A stretch of 64,000 bases of DNA from Cycas panzhihuaensis (GCA_023213395.1 CM041465.1:131199741-131263740), one strand, 5' to 3'. Counted from the first letter of the stretch, positions 51,480 to 64,000 are shown. The notes: generated by a model from the letters alone, not told the origin. Program-made: numbers and translations.

Positions 51480-54400
51480 TGTTAAGGGCACAAGATTATA
51501 AAAGGGTTATTGAAAGTGCCAATGGCCTATAAAACCCAAAATCTAGAAGATAGATTCTTTCTAGTTCTAGAAATCAAGAGATCTAAACTAACAATGAAAA
51601 TAAGATTAACATGAGCAAGATCAAAGCACAAAGAGAATGAGCAAATGATACCAAATGGGAGGAGATGGAATTGATCCAATCTCCAAATAAATATCATTTT
51701 GATTAGCAAACTAAAAGCATAACAATACAGCTTCAACTTTATGAGAACAATAAGAAGAGATCTTAATATATAGAGTGAAAGGAGAGACTTAAGACATTGG
51801 ATGTTGTTTCCCAGCTACTGGGAATGGACTCGAGACGCATCGACGCAGGTTTGTTCAGGTATATTTTCTTACTTTTCTTACCTTGGTTTGATTAAGGTTA
51901 TTCTGATGGGTTGTTTGACATATGCTTGCACGCATTGCTCGTCTTGTTCATTATGCATGTGCCTAGCACCCTATTAGCCTATGACGACTCACACAGGGGC
52001 ATTCCTCGGTAATCGACACCCGTATGCGACAATCACTCACGATGTCTCCATGGTCTTCGGGATGCTTTTGCGGCTTGTTTATTCGTGTTACCACGTGCCA
52101 CTTATGTTGCAAACCCTTCCTAAGCTGGTTTAACCCTTAGTTAGGGCTCTTTGCACCATTTTGTGTACTTGCCTTTGGGCATTCCCGATTGTTCCCATTC
52201 ATGATTAGCCTCTATTTTGCCTCAAACCGATTTCTTTGCTTATTTTCCCTTTTTAAATTCAGATCTGAAAACTTAGCGGTACCACAAAGTTTGCAGTACG
52301 GTTCGTCTGTGATAAACCATGATCTGCAGTTTTACGCACGATCGCTTAAAATTGAAAAAAACCTGACGATGGCGCGCGTTTTTTGAGCTGGCGTGGCTCG
52401 AACGATTGAGGCGCGAGGCCCCCAACGTTCACTTGCTGTGCCCAAGGCATAAAAGCCTTTTTTCTATTCATTTGAATGATTCTTCAACTCACTTTTTGGG
52501 ATTCTTCAACTCACTTTTCAAGTTTTCTAGAGGACTTCTTCACAAAAGACAAGACAAAAGAAAGAGTGACAAGAGAACTTCTTCACAGTTGGATGTATGA
52601 AGTAGAGGGTCTATTAATTGAGTTGCGGGGCCATTCTTGCTGCCCCCTACGGAGCTCCATTACAAGCACCACCTCTCCTCACAAATACCCAAGGCTTCAA
52701 GAGGTTTTCTTCACCAAAAAAAACACTCCAAAGACCCGTTCTCAAGCTTCCAACTTGCATGAGGCTCTACTCTTCCACTCTCATGCAAAGGACATTCAAC
52801 TCCACTTCTTGGACACCGCTTGGGCTACTGCCCCCAAGTTGCTAAGTGCCTACATGCACTCATTCTTCTCCATTCAAGGTATTTATTGGCTCTGTTAATG
52901 CTTTTTTGCTTGTTTTTTCCATTGGGTTGCTTGTAAATTCTTTCCTCTTGTTTGCATGCACTTCCTTTGAGTTTCTTTTGGCCGTTTGATGCATGTAACC
53001 TTAGTAGTTGTGGCTTACTAGAGCGCTGCCCTAGGTTAGGTGCATTTGCTTGCGATTCCCTAAAACTCATCCTCTCCCACCTAGTTTCCTCTTTTGCCAT
53101 TTTCTAAGCTAGCCTAAAGGGCTTTACGAGGATTTGAGGGAGATAGGCGGGGTTAGTCCCCCATTAGTCCTTCTCCCCGAGGGTTAGTCCCTTATCCTCT
53201 CTCCCTTTATCACCCGCTTTCTTAGGAGGCAGGCTAGAGAAACCTTGGAGGGTTGGCTTGAGTTTCCTCATTGGCGTAGGCCATTTGTTACTGCATGACC
53301 CATCTTGTTGCATGCTAGCATTGTTTCCCTATACCCTGTGGAGACCTCTCGTGGGTGAGTTAGCCATCCCGAGGCTACACTCAATCCCATTCAGTGCGTT
53401 TTATGGTGTATGACGACCCGCATATGTGTCGTGCGGCTTTGTTTCCTTTCCGTTATATGTTGGTGCTTAACTACATCTGGCTAGCCTAGTTGATTTCATT
53501 TTCAGTGTATACATATACATATATCTTGTCGGTTTTGGTAGCCTCTCTCCCGAGAGGAGAGTGTTCTCTCTGGTTGTGTGCAGGATCGCTTGAGAGGGAG
53601 GGTCTGTGAGGTCAACCCGTTGTCGGTCACCGTCACGAGTGCGCCTTTCCCTTTTTTCTCGTTTTCGAGCTTTACTTTAGTTCTTTCGGTTTGTTAGTTC
53701 TTGCATACTCTCGGGAGGTAAGTGAACCCCCTTACGCCTTTGATCGGCGTTGCATGCGGCGGAAGAAGGCGGAGGGAAGGGCCTTGCGAGGAGACCGTTT
53801 GCTCGGACTCGTGTCCGGGTATTTCCGCGTGTCTTCGTGGTTTACTTTGTGTTTTACGCTTTGTTGCATTTACTTTGATGCGTAAAGGAACATAAGGAAA
53901 GAAAAAGAAAACAAATCGTGTACTTTACATTTGCTTTCTTGTACTTCTTTATTACATTGCATGACATAGTAGTATAGGTCCCATTTACCTATACCCTTTA
54001 GCCGCACTACCCCTTACCCTGTGACACGTTTGGTTGATTGCCCCCTCGTCGCCTTCTCATTGCCTTGAGAAGCCGCGCGGTTCTTTTCCCTTCCGGCCAT
54101 CCGAAGGGTAGGAAGGCCTCGTCTTGCACGACTACCTGGAAGCAACCAGGCACCTGCGATCCCGTGCCGCTCCGGCGCACGGACTACCTGCGAGGTATGA
54201 ACCTCGCTAGTTAGCATGTTTAGCATATTGTTTCTATGCCCTTCCATTGGCGTTGGATCATTGCCGGGAGAGCGTTTCTTGGCGACCATATTGGGAACCC
54301 GATGAGGAGCTAGATCGCTTCCCTTCTTGTTGGTGTTCTTGCCTCTAGGTAGGTTCGCATTTATGTTTTCGGTTGGGCAACCCCAACGTGGTGCGTACTT

Positions 54401-55489
54401 CCTTTCTCTTCCTTTCGCTTTTCTAACGCCGCGGGCGTTGCACGCGACGTTCTCGCGCTTGCGAGTTTGCCATTGTTAGAAGACCAATCGTCGCGTTCCA
54501 TTCCATCGCCGAACCCGTTCGCATGGAAGGTTACCGTCCGATTGGGCCTACCATACCATGACCTCGGGAACTCGAGTTCCTTCATCTGATCGGAACCCAT
54601 GAGGGCGAGGATTCCATCTATTACCCGGATGACTTTCGGCCTTCCGCTCAAGTAGCGGATGATTCGAACCCTCACGAGACTCACCACCCCACCGGCGAGC
54701 CTTACGAGGGGCGTCCCGAAGGATCCCCTACTTTCAAAGTCCCTTCGACCTCGTATGGCTATGAGAATACCCCCCTCCGCCCAGCGGCGCTTGGCGGTAC
54801 TTTCGGCGATTCACGCCAACCGCCTCTAGATGGTTCTGAGAGATACTACGTAATGTAGCATCTTCCTCGTCCATACGTCATCTACGACGATCGACGCTTC
54901 GTGCACACACGTCTATCTTAGTGTCAACCCGGCTCCAGGCAAGTGTTGCCGATTGCCTTAGTCGTGGTCCTACTTCCTGGACCGGGCGGCGCATCTTTCC
55001 CTCAACTCGGGGTTAGCATGCCTTGCGAACCAAGCGCCGTGCCACCTTGAACGTGGCACGCGTTCCCTAGTGAGCCTCGAGGCCCTACTACTGGCCGCCG
55101 CCAGTCATGTAGGACCCACTCCTACATATGTCGAGGCGGTTGGTGGTCCTTCTCTTTCGTGCCCCGGGCTACACGTCCTGACAGGGGGCGGGCAGGAAAC
55201 CATCTCCTGTCATGGGTGGACGTTGCACCCATATGGGGTCGCGCCACCTACGGGTGGCCCATATGGGCAAAACCGGTCCCTCATCCTCTGTTCAGGCGTC
55301 GGTAGCGACTCCTGCTGCTGCGTCGGCCTGAGGCCGCCTCCTTTCGAGTTTCTACCCATTGCTTTCCAACAAGGGGCCTCTTTCGAGGAGGGATGGGTAT
55401 GCCACCCCATCCATCCTTTGGGATGTCGATCCCTTAGCCCAAGCGAGACCCGTCCTTTCATGGACTATAGGTCGGCGCCCTTGTCGATG

Positions 55490-57260
55490 GCGCTGAGGAC
55501 TAATTTGCCGCCTCATCCTCACGAAGTCCCCAAATTTGACGGGACTTCGTCATGAACCCAATAGAACATGTCTTGACTTTTCCATGGCGTGCATCGACTA
55601 TTGGGCCTCGACCATATCTTGATGAAACTCTTCCGCGGTCCTTGCAACGCCCTCAAGTGGTTCTGCCTTCTTGCCCATTCGATTTCCTCATTCCGGTAGT
55701 GGACGAGTTCACAACTACTTTGGCGACGAATCCATTCGAAAGCGGAATGAAGGCGCTTCTGTCACTCAAACAAGGTCACGATGAGATGAATCGTGACTTT
55801 GTGCGATGCTTTCACGACCTTCTTCATTCCACCAAGGCCACCTTGCCTGAGGAGTTGAAGAGGGATCTCTTCGTTAATGCGCTTCGTCCTGAGGTGCACG
55901 TGGAGGTCCTCAAGATGGGGGCGACCACGTGCGACTCCGCCATCACGAGGTGTTTAGCTTTGGAGGCCATTGAGATCCAAGCGGGACTCAAGAAACCTCC
56001 CAAGCCCTCGCCAGGGCGCCTCCTCCGTGAAGGAAACCAAACCTTCATGACCGCTTAGACCACCTCTCACCCGACTGAGAGGACCCTAGACCCGCTTACC
56101 TCCGCCATTCGCTCATTTGAGCGAACGATGAAGGAGCTTAAGCTCCAACCTCCTTCGTCGCCTACCTCCCATAGACACCGTTCAGAAGCTTCTCGTGCGA
56201 TGCCCCCGAAGGGGTAACACGATCTTCTCAAGCAAGGAGGACCGATCCTCCCTTGAGAAGAGGTGGTGCTCCATCCACGAGGGAATGTTTCCATGACGAT
56301 TCGCGTTGCGGGCACGGCACCACGCCCGCCGCGCGATTCGTCCCTCAGCGGGCATCGAGGCTAACCTCGATCAACCCATTCATAGAGACCCGTTCTCCAA
56401 ACATGGGGAGCGTGGTCGTGATGTTCAACGAGGAGCGGTCCGAATCGGGATAGATCTCCGATCCTCGCGCCATGGTAGAGGGAAGGGTGTGCGAAGGTCA
56501 CCTTCACCTTGGCGCTCCCACGGCCGTGCTCCATCACCTTCACGGTCCCGCTTCAAGGGAAAGAAGGTTGTCCAATTGCTTGAGACCACTCCGTTATATG
56601 CCTTAACTTGGGTCCCAGGCGCTAAAGAGGCTGGTGCCTCTTCATCCACATCTTACCTTGATCCTCTTAGGAGCCGGTTCCTCAGGATTCCTGCGCTTCC
56701 CAAGACTATTCCCAGTATGCCCGGCCGGTACGATTTTCAAGGGTGCTTACCCAACCTATGGGGAAGGGTAAACCCTTTCTATCGTTGACGAGCTCTACAA
56801 AATCCTTTGCGGGAATGTCCTCGATGGACGTCTTGAGAAGCTGCGCTGAGCAACGTGCTCTTCTTCTTGAAGCTCTTGGCCAACAAGACGCTTCCAACCA
56901 TGCGATAGGTGCTACCTCCCATGGGCCACTGTCATCTCATTTGATCCTAGAGATCTCCCATCTCCCAGCGGAGAAGCTTTTACGTGCAGATTCGTCATTA
57001 CCATTGACACCGATTGTATCGTAAAGAGGACCATTGTAGATAATGGCTCTTTTAACGCTATACTGCCAGCGTATGCTCAAGGAGCTAGGCATAGTAGCTC
57101 TTAGTCATCCCTTGGAAATGCCAAGGGTATGATGGGGCGCGAAGTCCCCTTTAGAGATCTTCCTTTCCCTCACCTTAGGGGAAAAGCATTTCGTCGAAGT
57201 TCTTGTACTCGATGTTGATGTAGAGTACAACCTCTTGTTAGTGACCATGGCTCGACCAAA
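55490..57260 (+). pseudogene. gag: Element G Gag plus aspartic protease; frameshifted in this sequence, possibly intact in vivo
   Basis: PKFDGTS..NPIEHVLTF and LLSLKQGHDEMNRDFVRCF...LFVNALRPE (retrotransposon Gag). WCSIH...HDDSRC knuckle-like motif ~56260-56310. VKRTIVDNGS 57021-57050 and VLDVDVEYNLLL(G)RPWL ~57200-57255 (protease). Confidence 0.8.
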
Positions 57261-57971
57261 TGGGAGCGATGCTCCACGCAATGGGGGCAACTTAAATTTG
57301 TCCATGAAGGACAAGTTAAAGTTGTCGCCCGTGAGCTATCCGTCTCACACCTCCCATCCGGCTGCCGGTGTTTTCGATGATGAAGATAGCGATCACGAGG
57401 AGGTTACCCCTTCCGTGGGACCTTTGTTTGAGGAGGACCTTCATCGGATCGAGCCCTATGCCATGTCATGAGCCAAACCTAGTCGGGTTTGCCCCTATTG
57501 GCGTGGGTGGTTGATTACGTGGCCAGTCCTGGGTGACTCTTATTCGGATAGTGAGGGTTATGGGCCCTCTTCTCGACGTGTCACCCTGGTTTCGCGAGCA
57601 CTTAGGGGAATATCTCGATCAGATATTCCCGCTCTTCCTCATTCTGGTGGCTCAGGAGCCACGGTCCTAAACAAGCCATTTATTTTACCTTCTCGGCCTC
57701 CTCGAGCGATTTCACGTGGCGCCCGTCGACGAGCCACTCGTGGGGCACTTCTTCTTCACGCCTAGATCCTTACCTCTGGACAGAGCCACTCCTACTCGTA
57801 TGCAACCTTGCCATGCGATCCGGTCACGTCCGGTCTTGCACTCATCGATTGAGCCATAGCAAGTTTACTAGTAGGCTTAGCGACTTGGCCCTACTCTTCG
57901 TCACCTATCTCCTACCACTGCGGCGTGACTACCCCTACCTCTCGGGGTCTAGGCACACCTCTTCCTCTCCT

Positions 57972-58353
57972 CTTGCTCAAAGCGAGCCTAAACTACCATT
58001 TTAAATTGTTCCCATTCCTCCCAACCACGGGTGGAATGGCAATTTAAGATGGATTCTTACTCGGCGAGCCTAAACTACCATTTTAAATTGTTCCCATTCC
58101 TCCCAACCACGGGTGGAATGGCAATTTAAGATGGATTCTCGCTCAAGCGAGCCTAAACTACCATTTTAAATTGTTCCCATTCCTCCCAACCACGGGTTGA
58201 ATGGCAATTTAAGATGGATTCTTGTTCGAAAGCCCATTTCCCATTTCTCCCAACCACGGGTGGAATGGCAGTTTAAGATGGATTCTTGAGCTTAAACTAC
58301 CATTTTGAATTGTCTCCATTCTCCCCAATTTGGATGGCGGTTTAAGATGGATT
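57972..58353 (+). repeat. Tandem array of ~82-bp units (3 full, 1 deleted, 1 degenerate), each an imperfect inverted repeat
   Basis: ccattttaaattgttcccattcctccc-aaccac-gggtggaatggcaatttaagatgg starts at 57996, 58078 and 58161, with a partial unit ~58234 and a variant at 58300. Confidence 0.92.
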
Positions 58354-61300
58354 TCTCTTCGGTTTAAACACGGTTCCTCATGAACCCGTTCCGCATGCTC
58401 TTGGGAACCTTTGTCCTCCTACTTGGGCATCCTCCAACTAGGGAGTATCGTTGCTCCCCCCTTTCGTGCTTGTGATTTCCTTCGCATATTCCGCTATGCT
58501 CCCATGTGGACGTGCATGTCGCTCTATTTCTAACCTCACACCTCTCGATTACCTCACTCGCCAGGGGATGTGTGTGCTCATGTTAGACATATGGCCATAC
58601 ACGGAAGGAAACACATGCATCTACATATTTACAAAATCTACATATCCAGCATATCCTGAGGCACCTCGATCTTTGAGGTCGGCCTTGTCGCCTCATCCTT
58701 GACGTCGCCTCCCTCTTCTTGATGATCGCCCGAGGCTTGCACAGCCATCCGGCCCAGTTTCGGTTGTTGTCAGTTGGTTGTGCTTGCTCGCTTGTCACCG
58801 GATGCCCTCTGCTTCACGTTGCACTTGACAGCGGGGCATCCTTCACTTGCTTATTCCGAGTTGCGGTCGATGATTGGGCGGCGTGGCGACCCTACGTCGT
58901 CCTCGTCTCTGTCTCCCTTATCCACGCGTTCCGCCACTACACTTGCCTACACCCTTGGATCACGTGCTGCTCTTGATTGATCTTATATATATATATATGC
59001 ATGTGCTACTCATGTTTCTTGATTGTCAGCATTCGCCATCACATTACGCTTCGGCGTTGAGGCTCTGCGCCCGAGGCGATGTTTCCGGCTACCGGGAATG
59101 GACTCGAGACGCATCGGCGGAGTTTGTTCGGTATATTTTCTTACTTTTCTTACCTTGGTTTGATTAAGGTTATTCTGATGGGTTGTTTGACATATGCTGC
59201 CGCATTGCTTTCGTGCTTGTTCATTATGCATGTGCTAACGACACCTATTAGCTATGGCGACTCACGGTAGGGCATTCCTCGTGAATCACGACACCAAGTA
59301 TGGCGTCTGATCACTCACGATGTCTCCATGGTCTTAGGGATGCTTTTGCCGGCTTGTTTATTCGTGTTACCACGTGCCACTTATGTTGCAAACCCTTCCT
59401 AAGCTTCGGTTTAACCCTTAGTTAGGGCTCTTTGCACCATTTTGTGTACTTGCCCATTGCTTGGGCATTCCCTCAGTTGTTCCCATTCATGATTAGCCTC
59501 TATTTTTGCCTCAAAAGGATTTTCTTCCTTATTTTCCCTTTTTAAATTTCGGTTTGTGACAAACTTAAGCGGTACCACAAAGTTTCTGACCGGTTCGTCT
59601 GTGGTAAACTTAGCGATGCCAAGTTCTTGCCGCATGATCTGTTTAAAATTTGAAAAAACCACTTGACGATGGCCGCGTTTTTCGTGAGCTGGCGTGGCTC
59701 GAACGATTAGGCGCCCAAGGCCCCAGCGTTCACTTGCTGTGCCCAAGGCATAAAAGCCTTTTTTCTATTCATTTGAATGATTCTTCAACTCACTTTTTGG
59801 GATTCTTCAACTCACTTTTCAAGTTTTCTAGAGGACTTCTTCACAAAACAAGACAAAAGAAAGAGTGATGAGAACTTCTTCTCGGTTGGGCCAGAATGAG
59901 GGCTATTAGGCTGAGTTGCGGGGCCATTCTTTGCCCCTACAGACTCCATTACAAGCACCACCTCTCCTCACAAATACCCAAGGCTTCAAGAGGTTTTCTT
60001 CACCAAAAAAACCACTCCAAAGACCCGTTCTCAAGCTTCCAACTTGCATGAGGCTCTACTCTTCCACTCTCATGCAAAGGACATTCAACTCCACTTCTTG
60101 GACACCGCTTGGGCTGCTGCCCCCAAGTTGCTAAGTGCCTACATGCACTCATTCTTCTCCATTCAAGGTATTTATTGGCTATGTTAGTGCTTTTTTGCTT
60201 GTTTTTTCCATTGGGTTGCTTGTAAATTCTTTCCTCTTGTTTGCATGCACTTCCTTTGAGTTTCTTTTGGCCATTTGATGCATGTAACCTTAGTAGTTGT
60301 GGCTTACTAGAGCGCTGCCCTAGGTTAGGTGCATTTGCTTGCGATTCCCTAAAACTCATCCTCTCCCACCTAGTTTCCTCTTTTGCCATTTTCTAAGCGC
60401 CAAGCACAAAGGGCTTTTTACGAGTTGAGGAGATAGGCGGGGTTCAGTCCCCATTCTTGTCCTTCTCCCCGAGGGTTCGTCCCTTATCCTCTCTCCCTTT
60501 ATCACCCTTTCTTGGGAGGCAGGGGCTAGAGAAACCTTGGAGGGTTGGCTTGAGTTTCCTCATTGGCGTAGGCCATTTGTTACTGCATGACCCATCTTGG
60601 TGCATGCTAGCATTGTTTCCCTATACCCTGTGGAGACCTCTCGTGGGTGAGTTAGCCATCCCGAGGCTACCTCAATCCCATTCGGTGCGTTTTATGGTGT
60701 ATGTGACCGCATATGTGTCGTGACTTTGTTTCCTTTCCAGTTATATGTTGGTGCTTAACTACGTACGGCTAGCCTAGTTGATTTCATTTTCGGTGTATAC
60801 ATATACATATATCTTGTCGGTTTTGGTAGCCTCTCTCGAGGAGGAGAGTGTTCTCTCTGGTTGTGTGCGGGATCGCTTGAGAGGGAGGGGTCGCGAGGTC
60901 AACCGTTCTTGGGTCATTGTCACGGTGCGCCTTCCCTTTTTTAGTTGTTTTGAGCTTTACTTTCAGTTCTTTCGGTTTGTTAGTTCTTGCGTACTCTCGG
61001 GGAGGTAAGTGAACCCCCTTGGCCTTTGATCGGCGTTGCATGCGGAAGGCGGAGGGAAGGAGCGCCTTGACAGGGAGAAACCCGCATTCTGCTCGGACTC
61101 GTGTCGGAGTATTTCCCGCGTGTCTTTCGTGTTTACTTTGTGTTTTTACGCTTTGTTGCATTTACTTTGATCTGTAAAGGAACATAAGGGAAAGAAAAAG
61201 AAAACAAATTGTGTACTTTACATTTGCTTTCTTGTACTTCTTTATTACATTGCATGACATAGTAGTATAGGTCCCATTTACCTATACCATTTAGCCGCAC

Positions 61301-61800
61301 TACCCCTTACCCTGTGACACGTTTGGTTGATTGCCCCCTCGTCGCCTTCTCATTGCCTTGAGAAGCGCGGCGTCGAGTTCTTTTCCTTCCGGCCATCAGA
61401 AGGGTAGGAAGGCCTCGTCTTACGCGGCTACACAGGCGACCGGGCACCTTGCGATCCGTACGCGGCGCTCCGGCGCGGGCGTCTGCGGTATGATCCTCGC
61501 TAGTTAGCCTGTTTAGCATATTGTTTCTATGCCCTTCCCGCTAGGCGTTGGATCATTGCCCTGCGGAGAGCGTTTCAGATGTTTGACAAGTGTCAAACAT
61601 CCAAGGTACATGCCTTGCATGTAGAACATGTGTCATTTTGGGCTTTTAAGTGAGCAAAAGTATATGGGGGTCTATTTGACCCTTTAGTAATGTTGTGTCA
61701 AGAAAATAATGGTGTGCACTTTATCACTTAAGTGATAAGTCATCCCTAAAGTACAAAAATACAAATAATATATAAAAAAATAAAGTACATAGGCTTAACA

Positions 61801-62430
61801 TGTAAACATAAGGTTTAACAAGGGTATGGGCAAATTCTCTATAGACAGAACAAAGTATCGTCAATTGGTAAGGAGCCTGTTTTACTTAACTCATACCAGA
61901 CCAAATATTACCTATAATATTAGATTCATTTTTCACTATATGTAGAATTCTCAAGAGCCACATTGAGTTGCTGCGAAGTGGATTCTGAAGTACCTAAAGG
62001 GAACAATCAATCTTGGTCTGAAATACCACTAAATATATCTTTGATGTTAATAATGAATTTGTTTCGTAGTAGTCAAAGAAGCAACAAGCAATGGCGTTAT
62101 CTTCTACAGAGACTGAATATCAAAGACTTGGTGATGGTGCAAAGAAAGTTATATGATTACAAGGTCTCTTAGAATTTCTTGGAGTTTTAAATGGACATCT
62201 AATCATTTTTGTCAATAATCATAATACCATTCGTCTATTGAAGAACCCAAAGTTTCATGCACGTATAAAGTATATTGAGATTCAACACCATTACATCCGT
62301 GAATAAATCAAGTCAAGGAAGTTGTAAGTTGACTATTATTTGAGTGAATACCAACTTGCAAACATCTTCACCAAACTACTTACTAAAGATCCAATTACAA
62401 ATATGCATGCTAAATTAGGACTCACCAATG
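61801..62430 (+). pseudogene. pol: Copia E RT C-terminus and RNase H remnant
   Basis: KYRQLVRSLFYLTHTRPNI, ILKYLKGT, KNPKFHARIKYIEIQHHYIRE, QLANIFTKLL. Confidence 0.88.
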
Positions 62431-63517
62431 TTATCCTTGAGAGGGGATGCTAACATGGCAGTTATTTGTTAAGCCACCAATCAATGTTAATGTGATTTAA
62501 CTAAAGGTGATTAATGAAATAGCATGAGATATTCGAAAGCTCACAACACTTATCAAATAATACCTCTTTGAAGGATATAAAATCCTAAAGCCCTTGTGTA
62601 TTCAATATATTAATTCAAGGAGTGTAATCAATGTGATCCAAAGGATCTTCTTTTGTGGTGGATTTTTTTTCGAAATGATTTTTTACGTAAATCTTGTGTA
62701 CTGTGTAGAGATGCAATGGCTAATAAAATGATCCAAACTTCTATGGACTCCTACAATAGACAAATTATCACCACCTTTGAAACCCTCAAATTCTCGTGCA
62801 ACCAAAACAATATTCACACAGCATAAAAAATAACATTCAATAAAATAATACAAATTTACATAGCATAAAAAATGACACGTAAACAAGAAGGAATACACCA
62901 ACTAAAGCGACTTGACCAAAATCAAAATAAGCATCATGTAGTATATGAATGTCTTACACAATGAAATCTAAAATGAAATTCCAAACAATCACGGAAACCA
63001 TAAATAACATTCAACAACCAATAAATAGAAAGACTTTGGATGTTAACAACAATAAACAGTATAGACTATAAGGCTTAAATAGGCTAATTTGGTATGAGAG
63101 GGCATTAAATATATCATTTCTTTCATTAAGAAAGCATTTGGTTAGAAATCATTTATCTAAGCAAGAGGTAATTCTTATGAGGTATGGGATTCACTTACCT
63201 TTATGATTTGAAAGTTGAATGTTGCACATTTATCTTGGCCTACTCAAGTTGATCACTATTAGTCACACTTCAACAATAACAAAGTAAAACATCACACAAA
63301 ACCAATGATATTTAAGTACCATATTAAAGCACATCCTTCTCCCCTTTGGTTTGCATTGTTTTTTTTTTACATTGTTAAAATATGCCTATTGCAATTTGAT
63401 ACTTATTAGTTAAATACATGAAAGTGTCTATTTTCTTAATCAAAATAATAATAATAGCATTCAAAATTTTACTTTTATTATTAAACACTTTCAAACATAA
63501 AGGTAACCAATCAAAAT

Positions 63518-63733
63518 AAAATACCATTTCAAAACTACTAACCATCCCCTACTTGATAAGTTAAATATAACAATTATATAAAAAGATTTCAATTATTAAA
63601 TACAATTTCAAAATTGCTAACCATCCCCTACTTGATAAGCAAAGATTTCAATAATAAAATACCATTTCAAAAATGCTAACCATCCCCTATTTGTTAAGTT
63701 AAATATAACAAATATATAAAAAGATTTCAATAA
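63518..63733. repeat. AT-rich tandem repeat, 3 units of ~60-80 bp
   Basis: atttcaaaa...ctaaccatcccctacttgataag...aaagatttcaat recurs three times. Confidence 0.85.
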
Positions 63734-64000
63734 ACACTATGGGCAATAAAAGAGGTAGAGAATGGGTTCAATATAGATAGGCATATGTATGAATAGAGTC
63801 ACATTAAACATTGAAGAGAGTGAGTTATTTACTCTTAACTCCTTTAATTAATATTAAATTATATGTCTTTCTAATGCTCCTCACTTTGCAATCATTCATG
63901 GATTGATTTTCTTTAGGAGAAATTCATGTGGCATTTTTTAAAGGTCTTGTAAAACAATAAGGCAAGTTGGGCATTTGGGTTATATGACTTTCAAATGTTT

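Larger units (their letters stand above)
51805..61577 (+). mobile_element. Young Ty3/gypsy (Tat/Ogre-like) non-autonomous element G, 9.8 kb, ~2.5-kb LTRs
   Basis: LTRs 51805-54278 and 59080-61577. Perfect TSD GATGT at 51800-51804 and 61578-61582. PBS tggcgaccatattggga at 54280 resembles the tRNA-Arg type used by Tat/Ogre elements. CpG-rich. Confidence 0.93.
51480..61800. mobile_element. Probable solo LTR F (~545 bp net: 51480-51804 plus 61583-61800) inserted in copia E RT and split by G
   Basis: Inverted ends tgttaagg... / ...ggcttaaca (TG...CA). Non-coding. Copia E RT stops at KPIVT and resumes at VNIRFNKG exactly outside it. TSD only approximate (tata/tgta). Confidence 0.6.
46866..62707 (+). 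mobile_element. Ty1/copia element E, decayed, with the 3' LTR truncated at ~62707; contains F and G
   Basis: 5' LTR 46866-47214. PBS tggtatcagatc at 47215. PPT gagagggga 62439-62447. The 3' LTR from 62448 matches the 5' LTR for ~260 bp and then stops. Confidence 0.88.

Noticed and set aside
52406-53100. ORFs repeated at 59650-60389 (e.g. MAKEETRWERMSF...) as conserved genes
   Set aside because: They recur only because they lie in the two LTRs of G. There is no recognisable domain and the frames differ between copies.
57972-58353. Palindromic repeat array as a CRISPR array
   Set aside because: Units are contiguous with no unique spacers, there are no cas genes, and the array lies inside a plant LTR element.

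Overview
Eukaryotic, land-plant-type repeat-dense DNA made almost entirely of nested retrotransposons. I can support no intact host gene, rRNA, tRNA gene or CRISPR array. LTR pairs, primer-binding sites (PBS), polypurine tracts (PPT) and target-site duplications (TSD) resolve the nesting. An old Ty1/copia (A, 7003-40043, minus, TSD ATTTC) was inflated to 33 kb by a TRIM plus copia B composite (7619-15507), non-autonomous LTR element C (18824-22807, carrying a SINE), element D (23555-27619, TSD GAAAT) and a full-length L1 LINE (28844-39669) that itself holds a younger L1 (33197-37401, perfect 15-bp TSD). A minus-strand L1 follows (~41086-46860). Copia E (46866-~62707) contains a probable solo LTR F, which contains a young Tat/Ogre-like gypsy element G (51805-61577, 2.5-kb LTRs, TSD GATGT). 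G encodes only Gag and protease and carries a tandem array of RNA hairpins. The best candidates for a second look are that hairpin array, the TRIM-copia fusion under one TSD, a triplicated PBS/LTR junction, a tRNA-derived SINE family, and a CpG-retaining LINE 5' end. The youngest elements are riddled with indels that look like long-read consensus errors, so they may really be intact. All calls are by eye; no alignment, folding or database search was run.
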